The translations under genes and the position numbers were made by a program. This document shows, in pieces, positions 15,626 to 31,673 of a stretch of DNA of 64,000 nucleotides (the first letter of the stretch is position 1; every line of letters starts with the position of its first letter). This DNA comes from the human T2T-CHM13v2.0 reference genome, Homo sapiens, in NCBI RefSeq assembly GCF_009914755.1, contig NC_060926.1. One strand, written 5' to 3'. The notes under the pieces were generated by a model that was not told the DNA's origin, did no database searches, and saw only the letters and a program-made list of their open reading frames with translations.

Positions 15626-16663
15626 TAATCTAGTAGATAAAATATGAATTTTTAATTAATCATTATATATCTTCAAATCGTATTATGTTATTAATATTTC
15701 ACTTATAATATTAGAGCCATAAAATAGTGTATTTCCATTTTCCCTTTTTGTGCTACTATTGTCATAGATTTTACTTCTACCTATGTTGTGAATGCTTTAA
15801 TACAATTGCTTTGGATTGTTTTCAATTTTAACAGTTAATTATCTTCTAAATGAATTAAAAACCAAAGGAGTTTTTAATGGTAACTGCCTAGTTACCATTT
15901 CCAGTACTCTTCCTTCCTCAGTTTAAACCCAAGTTTTCACCTGGTATTTTATTTTCAGCCTCACAAAAGGTTTTTGTTTTTTGTTTTTTTGTAGTGCAGA
16001 TATCCTGGTGATAAAATATCTCAGATTTGTTTTGCCTGGAAAGGTTTTCAAAGGCTATGTTCACTATATATAAAGTTCTAGGTTTAGAGGATTATTTTTT
16101 TTCTTCCAGTGTTTTAAAGATATCAGCCCATCATCTTCTGGCTTGTATTAAGTCTGCTGATTCTTACTTTTGCACTCCAGTATTTAATAGGTCCTTTTTC
16201 CCACTCTTACTACTTTTAGGACTTATTATTTTTTATCAGCTTGGTTACGATGTGCATTCATGTGGTTTTTCTTCATTTGTAATACTTGGGTTCCTTGAGC
16301 ATCTTGGCTCTAAGAGTTTATAGTTTTCATCAAATGTGAAAAATTTACAGCTCTTACATTTTCAAAAAAAAAAAAATTCTGTCCTCTTCCCCACCCTTCC
16401 CATTCTGGGATTCAAAATACACATATGTTATTGCTTTAGGTTACTATACAGAACATTAATGTTTTGTTAGTTTGCTTTTTAGCTTTTTTTCCTCCTCCTA
16501 TGTATTTAAATTCACTGATCTTTTATTTTGCACTCCCAATGTGCTGTTAATTCTATTAGGTAAGGTGTTTATTTAAAATATATTTTAGCTCCAGAAATTG
16601 TACTGTTTTTAAATTTGCTCCTCATGTTCATACTTCTCTCTAAATTCTCATGTATATTTTTAA

Positions 16664-17176
<513 letters not shown>

Positions 17177-17518
17177 TTAATAGCCGCTTTAAAGTCCTGT
17201 CTGATAATTGCATCATCTCTGCCATTTTTTAAATGTTCCTATTTACTGATTTTTTTTTCCTGGGAAATGATCATACTCACCAGCTTCTCTTCATGCTCAG
17301 TATTTTTGTATGGATTCTGGACATTGTAAATGTTATGTCGTGAGTGTCTGGATTTTGTTCTCTTCCTTTAAAGAGCATTGAATTCTTCTTTGATTGGCAG
17401 TTAAGTCTATGAAGATCATCTTGATAATTTCAAGTTTTGTATTTGTGTTTTGTACGATTGCATCTAGACCAGCCTGGACTCTAGGCCAAATTTAGTCCTA
17501 ATATTAAGCAATGATTCT

Positions 17519-18077
<559 letters not shown>

Positions 18078-19423
18078 TTACCTTATAAATCCCTAGTAGT
18101 TCTTTTCATGGCCTTGTGGTTCACTGTATTGCACACATAGCTCAATAGTCAGCTACAGACCCAAGGGGATCTGTATGAAGATTTTCTGAGCTCTGTCTTC
18201 GCATAGGCTCCCCATCTCTCTACTCTTCTCCAAAATTTCTAGCTGTTTCAGCCACTCCAAATGCTGAGCTCTGACTTGTCAGTTCAGTTAGAATTATTAT
18301 TGCACTCAAATGACAAACACAGCCTTGTGTAAAATTATATTCTTTTGTTCTGAATCTAATCCAAGGGTTGGCAAACTTGTCCTGTGAAGAACAAGATGGT
18401 AAATACCTGGCTCTTCCTTGGTTCTTCTTTCCTGAGCCATTGACCAGGAAGTGGCTCCAAAGAAAATGCTGGTGTGAGGCTGCCTTACTTGATTCCCTTC
18501 TGTCAGGCACCAGAGTACTGAGCTGGTTGTTGTCGAATATTTAAAAACAGTTTTGTATATTTTGTCTGATTGTTTAGTTGTTCATACTGAGGTAACTAGA
18601 CTGGATTCAGTTATTCCATCGTGGATTCACAGGACTTTTATAAATAAAAAATGGGATTATAGATGTGAATGTAATCTGCAAACTAAGATGGAAAGAATAC
18701 ATGAAGAGGATAATGACCTACTTCCTCAGTATCCTGCCCAAGCTCCCATATTTGCATTTAAGTACATATTAAAAAAAACAGAGGCTTCCATTTCCATCAT
18801 TCTATCTGATAAATGACAAAGGACTACCTTAACCACATGTGTTCCTCCCTCTCCCTGACTTACTGCTATGACAAAGACATTCATCTGAGCAACGCCTGAA
18901 TGTTAAGATAATTTGTTTTCAGAATGCCTAAGGTAAAGGCCAATTATGTCATATGGAAAGAACTTACTTGGTTAAGCCCAAGGTGTCCATTACTTGGATA
19001 GTCATCACCAACATCACCTATTTGTTGCTTGGATAACAAATAGCAAAAATCTGTAAGGTGATGAGTGGGCATAGGAAGCTGGGAGAAGGGAAGGCCTCAG
19101 CATTTAGGGTTTCCAGTGGCAGCAGTCCTTTATGATGGGTGACAGAGCAGACTTTCATGACAAGTGACCCTCCAAGCTCATCTACATAATCATGGCAGAT
19201 TGAACGTCTGGGGCTGAAACTGTCACTTTGTTTCCACACTTAATCTTCTCCTCATCCAATCCTTAAAATGATGCTTTGGCCTATTTCTGTATTTATTCTG
19301 TAACCCTTTGCTCTACTTCAACCACTCTCCCTCCAGCCTCTACCAAAGAATCAGTAAGACTCACTGGCTAAATGTTGTCCATCTTCAGTGGTCCATATTA
19401 AGAGCTCCCTAGACCCTCTAGGA

Positions 19424-19760
19424 TAGTGGTCCCCAACCTTTTTGGCACCAGCAACTGATTTCCTAGAAGACAGTTTTTTCATGAATGCAGGGGTTGAGGG
19501 TTGGTTCCCAGATGAAACTGTTCCACCTCAGATCATCAGGCATTAGATTCTCATAAGGAGCACACAACCTAGATCCCTTGCAAGTGCAGTTCACTGTAGT
19601 GTTTCCACTCCTATGAGAACCTAATGCCAATGCTGATCTGCCATGAGGTGGAGCTCAGATGGTAATGCTCTCCCGAACATCACTCACCTCCTGCTGTGCA
19701 GCCCAGTTCCTAACAGGCCACAGGCCAGTAGTGGTCCTCAGCCTGGGGTTGGGACACCTG
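19424..19760. mobile_element. MER1B hAT MITE
   Basis: GGTCCCCAACCTTTTTGGCACCAG...TCAGGCATTAGATTCTCATAAGGAGC...GGTTGGGACACCTG; 337 bp; TSD CTCTAGGA/CTCTAAGG. Confidence 0.92.
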
Positions 19761-20641
19761 CTCTAAGGAACCCTTTCTGATTATCCTATGTTAATTCACC
19801 TCCACTCTTTAGTGAATTTAACTTGACTGGGCACCTCCCCTATACTAGACATGGTGCTCTTCACTGGGGATAGGAAAATGAATGAAGGACTATCACCACC
19901 CTCTGAAGCTCTCCAGCACTTTTTCTTGAAATCTATAATTTTTCTACGTGGCACTTTCTGGTGAAAGTTTTAGATGTTTAAAGGCCCTGACTGGGCAAGA
20001 CCAGCCTTCATGCTAAAGGCTCCTATCTTCCTTCCTTTTAGATTCCACAATATTTCTGGCCCTTCAGGAAAAGAAGCTCCTTGAACATCTTTGTACTGAG
20101 TAGATCTACCCTATCAAGGGAGTCCTTCTTCTATGAACCCATGGGTGCTTACTCTTTGTCTCTTCAGCCCTGGATTAGCACCTCCTGCTCGCATTTTCTA
20201 CCGTAACACAGGAGCCCTTTCACTTTCTCTGCTCATCCCCTGGTTCTTCTTCCAGTTTCCTCAGCGTGCGGCCTCCTTCCTCCCCAGGGGTCTTTGTGTA
20301 CAATCCAGCTTGCAAGAGTCCAAGTTGGTGATTCTTTATTTCACCACTTTATCCCAGAGCTTGAAAAGTTGGCTGGCAGATCACAAGTGCTCAAAAATTA
20401 TTTGTGGAAGGTATGAACAAATTGCAAACAAGATGCGGGGGTGTATGTTCAGATACGCCATTAAGACCATAAGTTAGTCTCCTTGGCAATCCAGGACAGG
20501 CAGGTTGAAGAAATAAGTGGTGTCCTTGGTTAGAGAGGATCCCTGACTCTGGGTTCCATGGAGAAAATCTGGTAAACTTTCCTGTCAAAATTTTTTTTTC
20601 TTAAAAAAATTTGAATGGTCTGTATCACTGTTATTAAAAAC

Positions 20642-20766
20642 ATTTAAATCCTATTTTAAAAATATGCTGCATTTCATTATAAGGAGAATATAGCCTATTT
20701 AAAATAAGCCTATTTAAATCCTATTTAAAAATATGCTGCATTTCATTATAAGGAGAATATAGCCTA
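20642..20766. repeat. 55/56-bp near-perfect tandem duplication with 14-bp spacer
   Basis: 20642-20697 equals 20712-20766 apart from one T indel. Confidence 0.95.
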
Positions 20767-21699
20767 ACTCCCCAAAAATATTCCCTACAAATGTTAAGCT
20801 GTATTCATATATTATTCATTCAATATAGAACCATCTTGATCTGCTTCTTCTCACACAGAGGCTGTATGTAAGGGGTAATCCCATGGTCCCAGGGACGGGT
20901 GTGGCCCTGAGGTTTCCAGGACACAGTCATCAGTAATTCTTGGATGGTAGTCTTTGGTCAGAATGCCTGTAAGTAATCCTGCTGAGATGCCACTGGTTCC
21001 TTTGCCTTACGTCTGGCCATCTTGCCCATTTTTCATTGCATCATAAATACTGAATTTCTTTTTTCTTTTTTTTTTTTTTTTTAGCCCTTTCACCTATTTA
21101 CTTAACAGTTTCTGCTAAAGAGATCAAAACTCTTTATAGTAGCCAGACCAGGAGCCAGAAGGTCTGAGTTCTCTCTCCTGGCCATTATCCCAGCTAGTGC
21201 TGTGTTCTTAGTAAAAATTCAGCCAGCTGGGACCTTTTTTTCCTTACTCCTGGGAAGAGGGAGCCCCCTTCAGAATTAAGATTCTATAAATAGCCTTTTA
21301 TGAGGGCTTTTACCAAGCCTGGTAGGTTATCGCCATCATTTAATTACCTAGCATTCGCTTCTTTAAACAAAATACCAACGAGTGTTCTTTTGAGTAATTC
21401 CTTTTTCTAGCTTTTGAGACCCTCCTGTTCAACTTTATATTGAAGAGTCAGCTTCTTGTACTTCTGTGGAGGTTGTGAGAAACTCTCTCTGAGGGTAGAT
21501 TATGGAGCAGTAAAACCAGATTGCAATTACAGCATCTAATAATGCAAAGCTCATTTCAGGAAAAACATCAAACAGGAAACTTGAAGCAGAGGGATGTGTA
21601 AATTAATATTTCTATCTGGCTATCTGCCTAGGCTTTCTGAGCTAATCTGCTTTATTACATATTTAGGATCAGAATTAAAACAGAGATATTTTTCTTTAT

Positions 21700-22660
21700 T
21701 CTTTCCTACTCTCTTTCTTAGTCTAAGCTTCTCATTTTATTTATCTGTTTTTTTAGGCTAGTGGTTAATTTCATTTTCTCCAAATTGTGACATATACTTA
21801 AAATTGATCAAATATCTTTGTCTTGTTCACCCAACTTCTGATTTCAGCTTTCCAAAGACTTTCATGTTATAAGATTTTTATTTTAGTATTTACATTTGAT
21901 AGTTCTAAAATAACATGTTTATATAGATTTTCTCCCATATTTAAATATTACCCAGTGACTTGTCACTATGGAACTTGAAAAAGCATTAGCAATTTCCTCC
22001 TCCACATTTCCACTCATGGAGTTCCCATCTCCTAATCCCCAGTGTAATTAAAATGTCTATTTTTACCTAAGTCAATATTCAGTGATTGCATTAATATGTC
22101 TACATTGTTTATAGCTGAGTTACAATACAGGGACCACATTTTTATGATGCTTCCCAAATTAATAACTTTTCTTTCTTTTGCTTAATTGTCTATGCAAGTT
22201 GCTAATTCAGCTCCAAACTTATTTCTAGAATATAAATCTCTCAACTCCTTCAACCACATTAGGTATTCCATTATCTTTATCTTTTTGGTATCTCCTTCTT
22301 CTGACCCTCCTGGATCTGACAGCCCCCGAGGATGGCTGCTTGCTGATCTCCAAAAGAGCCTCACACTTCACCTGTGACCTTTGCTTCTCTCCTCTCCTGG
22401 ATCACCTGTTTTCATCCTGTGCTGTCCACTTTGTTGGTTCACTTTCTTATTCTGCTAAAGTCCGTCCTCTAATAGCTCCTTAAGAAAGGATGCATGAGAG
22501 TGCATTTTTCAAGAGTCTGCATTTGATATGACAGTTTGGTTAGAGGTTAGTGTAGGATTCTATGTTGGAAATTCTTTCCCTCAAATTTTTAAGGTTTCCG
22601 TCAATAGTCTTCTGAATTTCTGTGCTGTTTTTAAGAACTTCCTGGTTTCTTCTAATTTAT
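21700..22660 (-). mobile_element. Ancient L1M fragments
   Basis: T-rich degenerate antisense L1-like sequence; boundaries approximate. Confidence 0.4.
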
Positions 22661-23878
22661 GGTGCTTTGGCTACTTTAGAGAGGATGTTAAGTAGGTGGG
22701 CCTGGAGCCTACGTTGATATTTCAATCAGGAAACCTGTGAGTCATTGGGTACTATTCAGGGCCTCAGAGCTATGCTTTCACCTTGGCAATGACCATTCAG
22801 GACTGAGTCTCAGGTGTAGATTGTAGATATCAGAGCCCAGAATATAATGAGGCTAGGTAGCCTACAGAATTTGATTTTAGTTGCTGTGTTTTTTGCCCAA
22901 ATCATTGAGACTTTTGTGTGTGTGATTTTTCCGTTTATCTTCCTTTTTCTTCAAACAACTCACCCAATTAGGTCTCCATATCATCTCCTTGGACAGATAA
23001 GGAAAGTGTCCAGAGTTGGGTATTCCAGGACTCTGACATTGGAGAGAGGGTTTGGACCATTAGGGACAGCTGACATCTCCTCTCCTTCACAGCCAGGGCA
23101 CTTCTGCGTGCCTTTCTTAGACGCAATGTGTTATAATATCTTAAGAATTATCTATAGGTGGGGTGCAGTTTGAAAGAAAGGAGATGAACTCAGAGAGATG
23201 GGACTGTGTTGCAGGGAAAAGTCTCTGACTTCTTTTAGGCCTAAACTTGAGATCTGCATGAGCCTGTCCCATGACCTCAGAAATCCACAGGCTGGTACCT
23301 GCAAGCTGTACTTAATTAATAAGAGATACTGTCCTCAAAGGAGTTAAGTGACTGTGAGATGAGAGAGACAAGAACTGGCATCTCAACTTCTTGCCTGTTG
23401 ATGCTTCATGACATTAAGAAGCAGTAAATCCTGAACTGTTAAAGTATGACAACTCCACACATAATGCAAAAGCAATTTTATGGAATTTCAAGCCACAGGG
23501 ATTTAACAACTCAAATAACAGAGGCAGAATTTTTAAAGGTCTTTAAGTGATAAGAATTTCAAATAGATTTTTGGTTATGCTTTTTAAAGATTAATAACAA
23601 AAGTTCATGCTGCAAAGAAGAGTCTCTGCTGGAATGGCCAGGCAAAAATAGCTCCACATCATGCTTTTTTCTTCCACCTGAACTTCAAAAGGATGTATGT
23701 GCAGATTAAGATGACTTAAGGTAAGATGGGACTTGGTGATTGCCTAGAGATAATAAGGTAGTTTATAGCATTTTTCATCAAGAGTTCAGTGTGTTTCTTC
23801 CTTGTGTGATCTGATGATTGTAGAAAATAGGCTTATGGAATTGTTTGTTTAGAAAAGAGCCATGGTAAAATTAGACAT

Positions 23879-24250
23879 TGTTATGGACTGAATGTTTATG
23901 CCCCTCCACAATTCATAGGTTGAAGCTCTAACCTTTAATATGATGATATTTGGAGGTGGGGCCTTTGGAAAGTAGATTTGGATGAGGTCATGACGGGGAG
24001 GCTTCATGTTGGGATTTGTATCCTTACAGGAGGAAGAAGAGAGGAGAGCTCGCTTGTCTCTCCAATGTATGAAGACACAGAGAAAATATATGGATGAGCA
24101 AGCCAGGAAGAGAGAGCCCGAGAGGAACTGAGTGAGCCGGCACCTTGATCTTGAACTTTCGAGCCTCAAGAACTGTGAGAAATGAATGTCTGCTGTTGAA
24201 ACCACATAGTCCATGGTATATTGCAATGGCAGGATGAGCAGACTGAGTTA
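23879..24250 (+). mobile_element. MLT1A-like MaLR solo LTR
   Basis: TGTTATGGACTGAATGTTT...TTTGGAGGTGGGGCCTTTGG...GCACCTTGATCTTGAACTT...AGAACTGTGAGAAAT. Confidence 0.9.
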
Positions 24251-25307
24251 CACATAAAAGATTTGAGTTGTGAGTGGAGACAACTCCAATTTCTACTCTA
24301 CATCATAATTTTCGAAAGAAATCATTGAGCCCCAACTCTTGTATAGAACAATACAGACAAATGATGACAGAATCAAGGCTAGCCACCTTAGTGGACAAGT
24401 ATATGGGACATGCGTCGAAAAATGATCCAGCTGCTAAAAAAATACCTGTTACGATTTCAAGTTCATTATTTTTCTCTTTACAGAACAAATCCTCTCCTGC
24501 CTTTTGCCTCCATTTCCCAGTAAATTTCTGTTAGGGTCAGGCCTTGTTTGAGAATGTTATAGATTCCCTTAATCAAATATGGCATTGCAGCCAGTTGCAT
24601 ACAGGCAACTGTTTACATACATCCTATCCTTTGAAATCTTTGAAAGGTTCTAGGAACTCTAACTCATCTTTTTAGTGTTTAATGTTTTACACCTTAGGAA
24701 ACTGGCTCAGAGCCAAAGAGCAAATTAAAAATAGTTATGATGCATATAACAAGAAGCATTTATTGAAAGTACTTCAAACAATGTGTACACTTTTGTTCAA
24801 TCATTATGATGAAATGATGGGCTGGGCCATAATTAACTTTAAGTCATTGCCACATTTTCAGAGGAAACCAGGATTTGCATGGAGGTTTGAAGTGCATTGT
24901 CAATATTAATCTACAGAGTTGGACTCTTCTAGAACAATAGAAAAAAGGCAGCACTAGCTTTGCCGTGAGGTGTACCTGAAATTTAATCCAGGGCCTACCA
25001 CTCTGACCTGTGAATCTTATACAAAGTAAATAATAAAAGTAGTAAAATTCTCTGAGTCCTAAGCACCATGTCTAAAAGTGGCAGTAGTGATAGTGACCCC
25101 ATCGGGTTCCTGTGAGATCGCATCTGTGTGGCTGGAGTCATGCCAGGCTAAGCTGATCTCCTTGTTGGATCAAGTCAGGCCCAAAATGATTTGCACGCGT
25201 CTGGGGGCACAGCAAGAGCCACATCTGTGATTGACTGTGATAGGTATGAGCAGGTCTGGAGACTTAAGGAGCTAACACAAGCAAGCTAAAGGAGGGAGTA
25301 CGTGGCT

Positions 25308-25690
25308 TGTGTTATCTGGGCGAGGTTATGCTGTGGAATCCGTAAACACTGCATCTTAATGCAGACAATGTTCATGTTTGCTCACGGAACAGTCTGATGT
25401 ACGGCTGGTGGAGATTCTGGGTGGCTCTCCTCAAAGCAGTGACTCAGGGACCCAGGGTCCTTCTCTCTTGTGACATAATTTCCTTCAATATGTGCCTTCC
25501 GTGTTCACCAGAATGGATGGCAAAGAAAGCATGGACCATTCTGCCAGGCCTAGAAATGGTGTAGGTTATTTTTGTCCACATTTCACTGGCTAGAACCCAG
25601 TCATACAGCTCCAACCTCAATGTAAAGGAGGCTTAGAAATGTCATCACCGTTTGTGCCTAGGGAAGCCTGAGAATGGAAGCAGCAATCTA
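25308..25690 (-). mobile_element. Old MLT1 (J/K-like) LTR, possibly followed by internal sequence
   Basis: CAGTGACTCAGGGACCCAGG...CACATTTCACTGGCTAGAACCCAGTCATA...GTAAAGGAGGCTTAGAAATGT. Confidence 0.55.
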
Positions 25691-27154
25691 GTCCCTACCC
25701 CAATCTTTCCCTCTGGCCACAATTTCACTCTTGCTGCCACTCACAGAACACACAAATTCCCTCCGCAAGGCAACAACCCAACTTTCCATCCAGTCAGCAG
25801 CATGCTCAGTCCTTTCCATCAGGCCCAGATGGGCTCCTTTTGTTTTGGCAAAAGATAGACTGAAAACACAAATTGTCTGCTCCCTGTCCCAACATACTCC
25901 ATACACAATGGTGAAAGAAAGACAGGATAACCAAAGTACAAAGGACCATCGGAAGGGGAGGGGTGGGAGAAACACGGCTGCCATGGCTTTGGAGGACTGA
26001 GAGCCCACTAGAAGATGTGAAGACCACCCAGCTTGAGGAAGAAAATTACCTTTGATTAAGGCATCTTTTTATTTCCTGGGTGGAATTCCATCCTCTGCTA
26101 TTCTCAAGGGTCTGGGTTCTGCCTTCTGGACAACTCTTTCTCCTCCTGGCTCCTCTGGGCCACACCTGAAATGATGTTGGGAGAATGCCTTCTTGGGGTT
26201 TCTAGAATTTCCAAATTCCACCTGTGACTGGTGAAAGACTGGGGGCCCAAGAAATTTTTTTAAGGTCTTGAATAATCAACATCTTTTTAAAATAGATATA
26301 TGGTTTCCTTGGTGATTAATGGTCTCAAAATTTAGTTGGCTTCTTCCTCATTTATCTATTAATCAGTTCATTTGTCAGTAACTATGCCTATTATTCTTCC
26401 AAGATATAGATTCCAATTCTGCTTATTTTATTTTATTTTATTTTGCTGCTACCCTCATGCCTTTCTCTTTAACTTAATAAATCTACTCTGAGAATAATTT
26501 CCATGATAGATTAAGATAGATTTGTAATCTGGTCTTTCCCCTGAGTCACAGTATTCAATTTAGAAATTTTTCTGTGATTTTATTGCTTTTAAAATTCCAT
26601 CTCTCATGTTTTAGGACATGGAAGCTGTGAGCTTTTCCAACCTGCCACCCTGGAATTTCTGGATTCTCTGGAGTCCCTTTCATGTATGTCTTGCAAATTG
26701 GTTAATTTCTTCTCTCTTTTTACTAATATTTTGGTTATGGATTTTTTTTCAACATGCAGCAAAGTTGAAAGAATCCTGTGGTGGAAACCCATATACTGAG
26801 CACCTAGATTCTACCATTAATAGTTACTGTGTTTGATATACATGTACACATCCATCTCACTCCTATACATGTACCATCCATCACTTGACTCGTTCTTTCT
26901 TGAGCTCGCCTTCATCTTGTAATACCTTGTGCACACAGCCAGTAATAGCCAGCATGCACAAATGCTCTGATAGTTCCAACCGCGTAGCTTGGAGCTATAA
27001 GCTGAATCTGTACATGGCTTGCCTTCCAAGTTACCACAGATGGTTACTTACCAACCAATTTGCCATTGCTTGGTTCAAGTCTCCATCTTTCCAGTCTCTG
27101 ATATCAAATTTCTATTCCTCTGCTGCAAGAATCGTTACCCAAAGTTGTCTTCAG

Positions 27155-27493
27155 GTTTGCGCTCCCTCCAGAGGTGTTAGAAGACAATTTGTTTCGTGCA
27201 TTTTTCTTAGCCTCCCAGGATGGAGTAACCTTGGCATGACTTGTGGATGCATCACTCCCATCTCTGTCTCCATTATCACATGGTCATCATCATGTGTGTC
27301 TGTGTCTCTGTGTCTCTTTTCCTTTTCTTATGAGGACACAAATCTTATTGAATTAGGGTCCATGCTAATGGCCTCCTTTTAACTGGATTACATCTTTCAA
27401 GACCCTATCACCAAATGAAGTCAAATTCACAGGTGAGGTGGTTAAAACATCAATATATCTTTTGGGTGAGGGGGGCACAATTCAACCCACGAG
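27155..27493 (-). mobile_element. MLT1C-like LTR (partial)
   Basis: GCATCACTCCCATCTCTGTCTCC...TTCTTATGAGGACAC...GCACAATTCAACCCAC. Confidence 0.8.
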
Positions 27494-27543
27494 AGGGAGC
27501 ATCTGCCTAGCCTCATCGCAAGGTTTCAATAAAGAATCTCTCC

Positions 27544-27846
27544 AGCCGGGTGCAGTGGCTCAGGCCTGAAATCCCAGCACTTTGGGAGGCCAAGGCAGGT
27601 GGATCACCTGAGGTTAAGAGTTTGAGACCAGCCTGGCCAATATGGTGAAACCCCGTCTCTACTAAAAATACAACAAAATTAGCCTGGTGTGATGGTGGAT
27701 GCCTGTAATCCCAGCTACTCAGGAGGCTGAGGCAGGAGAATCGCTTGAACCCAGGAGGCGGAGATTGAAGTGAGCTGAGATCACACCATTGCACTCCATC
27801 CTGGGCGACAAGAGCGAAACTCTGTCTAAAAAAAAAAAAGAAAAGA
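27544..27846 (+). mobile_element. AluSq-like SINE
   Basis: GCGACAAGAGCGAAACTC; TSD AAAGAATCTCTCC / AAAGAATCCCTCC. Confidence 0.94.
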
Positions 27847-28899
27847 AAAGAATCCCTCCTGCACCTAAAATGATCTGGCCCTTGAAGCCAGCTTGGGAGC
27901 AGGTCATGGGCGTTCGATGGGAATGGTGTTTCCATGTCCCACCATGGTGCGTCAAGCTTATGTCTCAGGAGGGAAGATAAAATAGCTAAAATGTATAGAA
28001 GACTGAGTAGACTGTCCTCTCTACTAAATTGTCACTCAGACCTGTGATCTCAGAACAGAATGAGAATTTCTATTTAAAAAAATTGTTTATTTTATCTGTA
28101 ATTCAAAAGAATGATTACTATAAGGATGCTCAAGTATTCATAGCAGAATGGAGGAAAAGCTATAGGGATGAAAAAGGCAGATCCTTCTCATATTTCTAAA
28201 AGCAGGATCTCCGTTTCAGGAAGTGTAAATCTAGGCAAGGAAGTGCATCATTACCCTTTTATACTTTATCTGGAATACACAGTGACACTTTCATAGCTTC
28301 CTTTTCAGCTTCCTATAATCCTGCATCCAGAGTGGAGCTGTCCATCTCTGCTGACAGGACCCCTCTTTGTTGTACTATGAATATCTATATTTGGTAATTA
28401 CCTCATTTCACAAACATCTATGGCGGGACTGTACTGGAGCTGGCGAGGGCCTTAATGTCTGTTTCAGACTCCCCCAGTGGACGGAAGGAAGGGCACAGGG
28501 TGCATATCTCCTAGCACGCAGCATGGTGTCTGCACATCATTATACCATGACTGTTTGCCAATCAAATGAACAGAGGAATCCATGAACAAATAGATGGATG
28601 ATTTTCAGGAAGTGGAATATTTATAATAGGATTCACCGGAAATAATTAGGTCAGGTGCCCTGTTGTGCCTTCAGCAAAACCAATAAAACCTATCTACATA
28701 TTTTCCTAATTAAAGCATTTCTACCTTAATTGTATTTCTTTTCTTTTGAACTGCCATAATGGAGGCTTAATCAATGAAATGTTTATAGTGGCAATATTTT
28801 CCAAAATAATAATAGGGATACATATTTGGCACAAATATAAATTCCGAATTATACATTTTTAATGTAGAAATTCTACAGATATATTCAAATATCATCAGG

Positions 28900-29400
28900 C
28901 AATCTTTGTGAAAAGCATTCTGGCAGTGTGTACCAAGATCTATTGAAAATTTTAAATACTTTCATCTAGCAATTTTACTGCTGGGAATCTATCCTAAAAA
29001 TCCAAAGTACTGAGCCTGCTTTATGAATAAGTATATTGCAGTATTATGTGTCACAGTGAAACTTTAGAAATAGTCTAAATGTCCTACAATAGGGTAATAG
29101 CTAAGTAAGTTATAGGACATAATTATGCAGTCATTAAAATAATGTTTATAATGAGTTTGTAATAATAATATGGAAGAAGTTATATTATAATCAGGAATAA
29201 AAGAACAGGAGGCAAAATTATAGTCTGATGACATCCACATTAAGTAACAATAAATCTATGCATAAAACTGTGAAAGGTAGTACACAAAAATGTCAATAGT
29301 TATTGTTTCTAATGTGTGGAACTTGCAGTGATTTAAACATTTCTTCTTCCTGCTTTCCTTTATTTTCCAAATTTATCACACTGAGTATTTTGTAATGGGA
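28900..29400 (+). mobile_element. L1ME-like 3' fragment
   Basis: TCTAGCAATTTTACTGCTGGGAATCTATCCTAA...TAAATGTCCTACAATAGGG. Confidence 0.6.
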
Positions 29401-30056
29401 AATGTAATAAGCATTTAGAAATAAAGGCACAAATGAGGTGAAAAATTAAATTGCATTAAATGTTACATTTATTAAAAAGAGGATCATAAAATTAGCAATG
29501 CATTGGAAAACTCTAAGTCTAAGTTCACTAGGCATAGAGGGGATAAATGGGAAGAATAAAAATGTTGAAGGCCATGATTTCAGAATTTTTGCAGGCACTG
29601 ATTCATTTATGGAGACCTGAGGATGATGCAGGATTTGAGTGCTGGGCATTTAATCAGAGTCTTGCTGCTGGAATTCACAGGTGACTGATGGGGCCACACT
29701 TGACGTGGGTAGGTGCGCAGTTCCTCCAAAAAGCACTGTCCCTTGGTTCTTCATTCCCTGTCCCTCACTGCGTCAAACCTGCCAGCTTCTATGAGCTCTG
29801 ACAAGATAGATGTTGGCAGGGGAAGATGAAACAGACTGACAGCCATTGCATTCAAACCGGTCACTTACAAAGGAAGCGAGTGTAACAACATTAAGGTTGC
29901 AACAGTGATTCTAAATGTCAATCTCCCTCCTCATGTGGCTGAGAGAACACAGTCTCTTGTTTTTATTCATGGCTGATTCTTTATGTGGCTAAAGGAGGCA
30001 GTATACCCTCATTGAGACCAAATGCCTAACGCTGCTTGTGTTTAAAAAGAAGTGCA

Positions 30057-30337
30057 TGTAATCCCAGCATTTTGGGAGGATGAGATGGGTGGATCGCTTG
30101 AGGTCAGAAGTTTGGGACCAGCCTGGCCAACATGGTGAAACCCTGTCTCTACTAAAAATACAAAAATTAGCCGGGCATGGTGGTGGGCACCTGTAATCCC
30201 ACCTACTCAGGAGGCTGAGGCAGGAGAATCACTTGAATCTAGGAGGTGGAGGTTGCAGTGAGCCGAGAAAGTGCCACCATATTCCAGCCCGGGTGACAGA
30301 GTGAGACCCTCAATCTGGGGAAAAAAGCAACAAAAAA
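30057..30337 (+). mobile_element. AluS, 5'-truncated
   Basis: Starts at TGTAATCCCAGCA; both arms present. Confidence 0.92.
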
Positions 30338-30781
30338 ACCCATGCATTTTCTACCAGGTGTTTTGATAAAAAGGTAAAACTTTTTGTCTCTCTCTTTCTT
30401 TGGTTAAAAATATATTATTTTATACTTTAAATCATATGTATTGAATGTCAAGTATCAAAAAAATGTAACCAAAAACGACTGTAAGAAAAGAGGGGCAAAA
30501 ACTCCAACAGCTGGATCATTTGTCATGCTTGCCTCCAAAAGAAGCTGATAAAATTTATCTTAATTTTTTAATACAAGGTAATTTGCTTTTTCTAAAACTA
30601 CAGAGTGAGAGGACATTGAGTAGTACATTATTTTGAGACTTAAAACAGCAACAGCACACACAGTTCCACACAGTACTTGGGGCCTAGTATACTTAAACAC
30701 ACACCAGCAAGTTTTGAGGGGAAAAAGCGAAGTATTGGTAGAGAAAGAAACCAGCATTTGTGTTAGTTTAAGAAAGAAAGT

Positions 30782-31117
<336 letters not shown>

Positions 31118-31266
31118 TTAGGGAAAGAGAACATTTTGAAAATATTTGGGTGTCATCTGAAGCAGAGGTCCCAGTTTTGTACATTTTTTTTTTTTTTACT
31201 GTGGTTTCTAAAATAATTAACTTTTCACAGGGTATGGGGCTAACTCTTACCAGAACTGGAAACTGA

Positions 31267-31673
<407 letters not shown>

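Noticed and set aside
26940-27080. Possible Tigger-type DNA transposon remnant
   Set aside because: Could not identify TIRs or a family with confidence
26885-27382. 165-aa ORF
   Set aside because: Non-ATG start, runs through an antisense MLT1C, no recognisable domain
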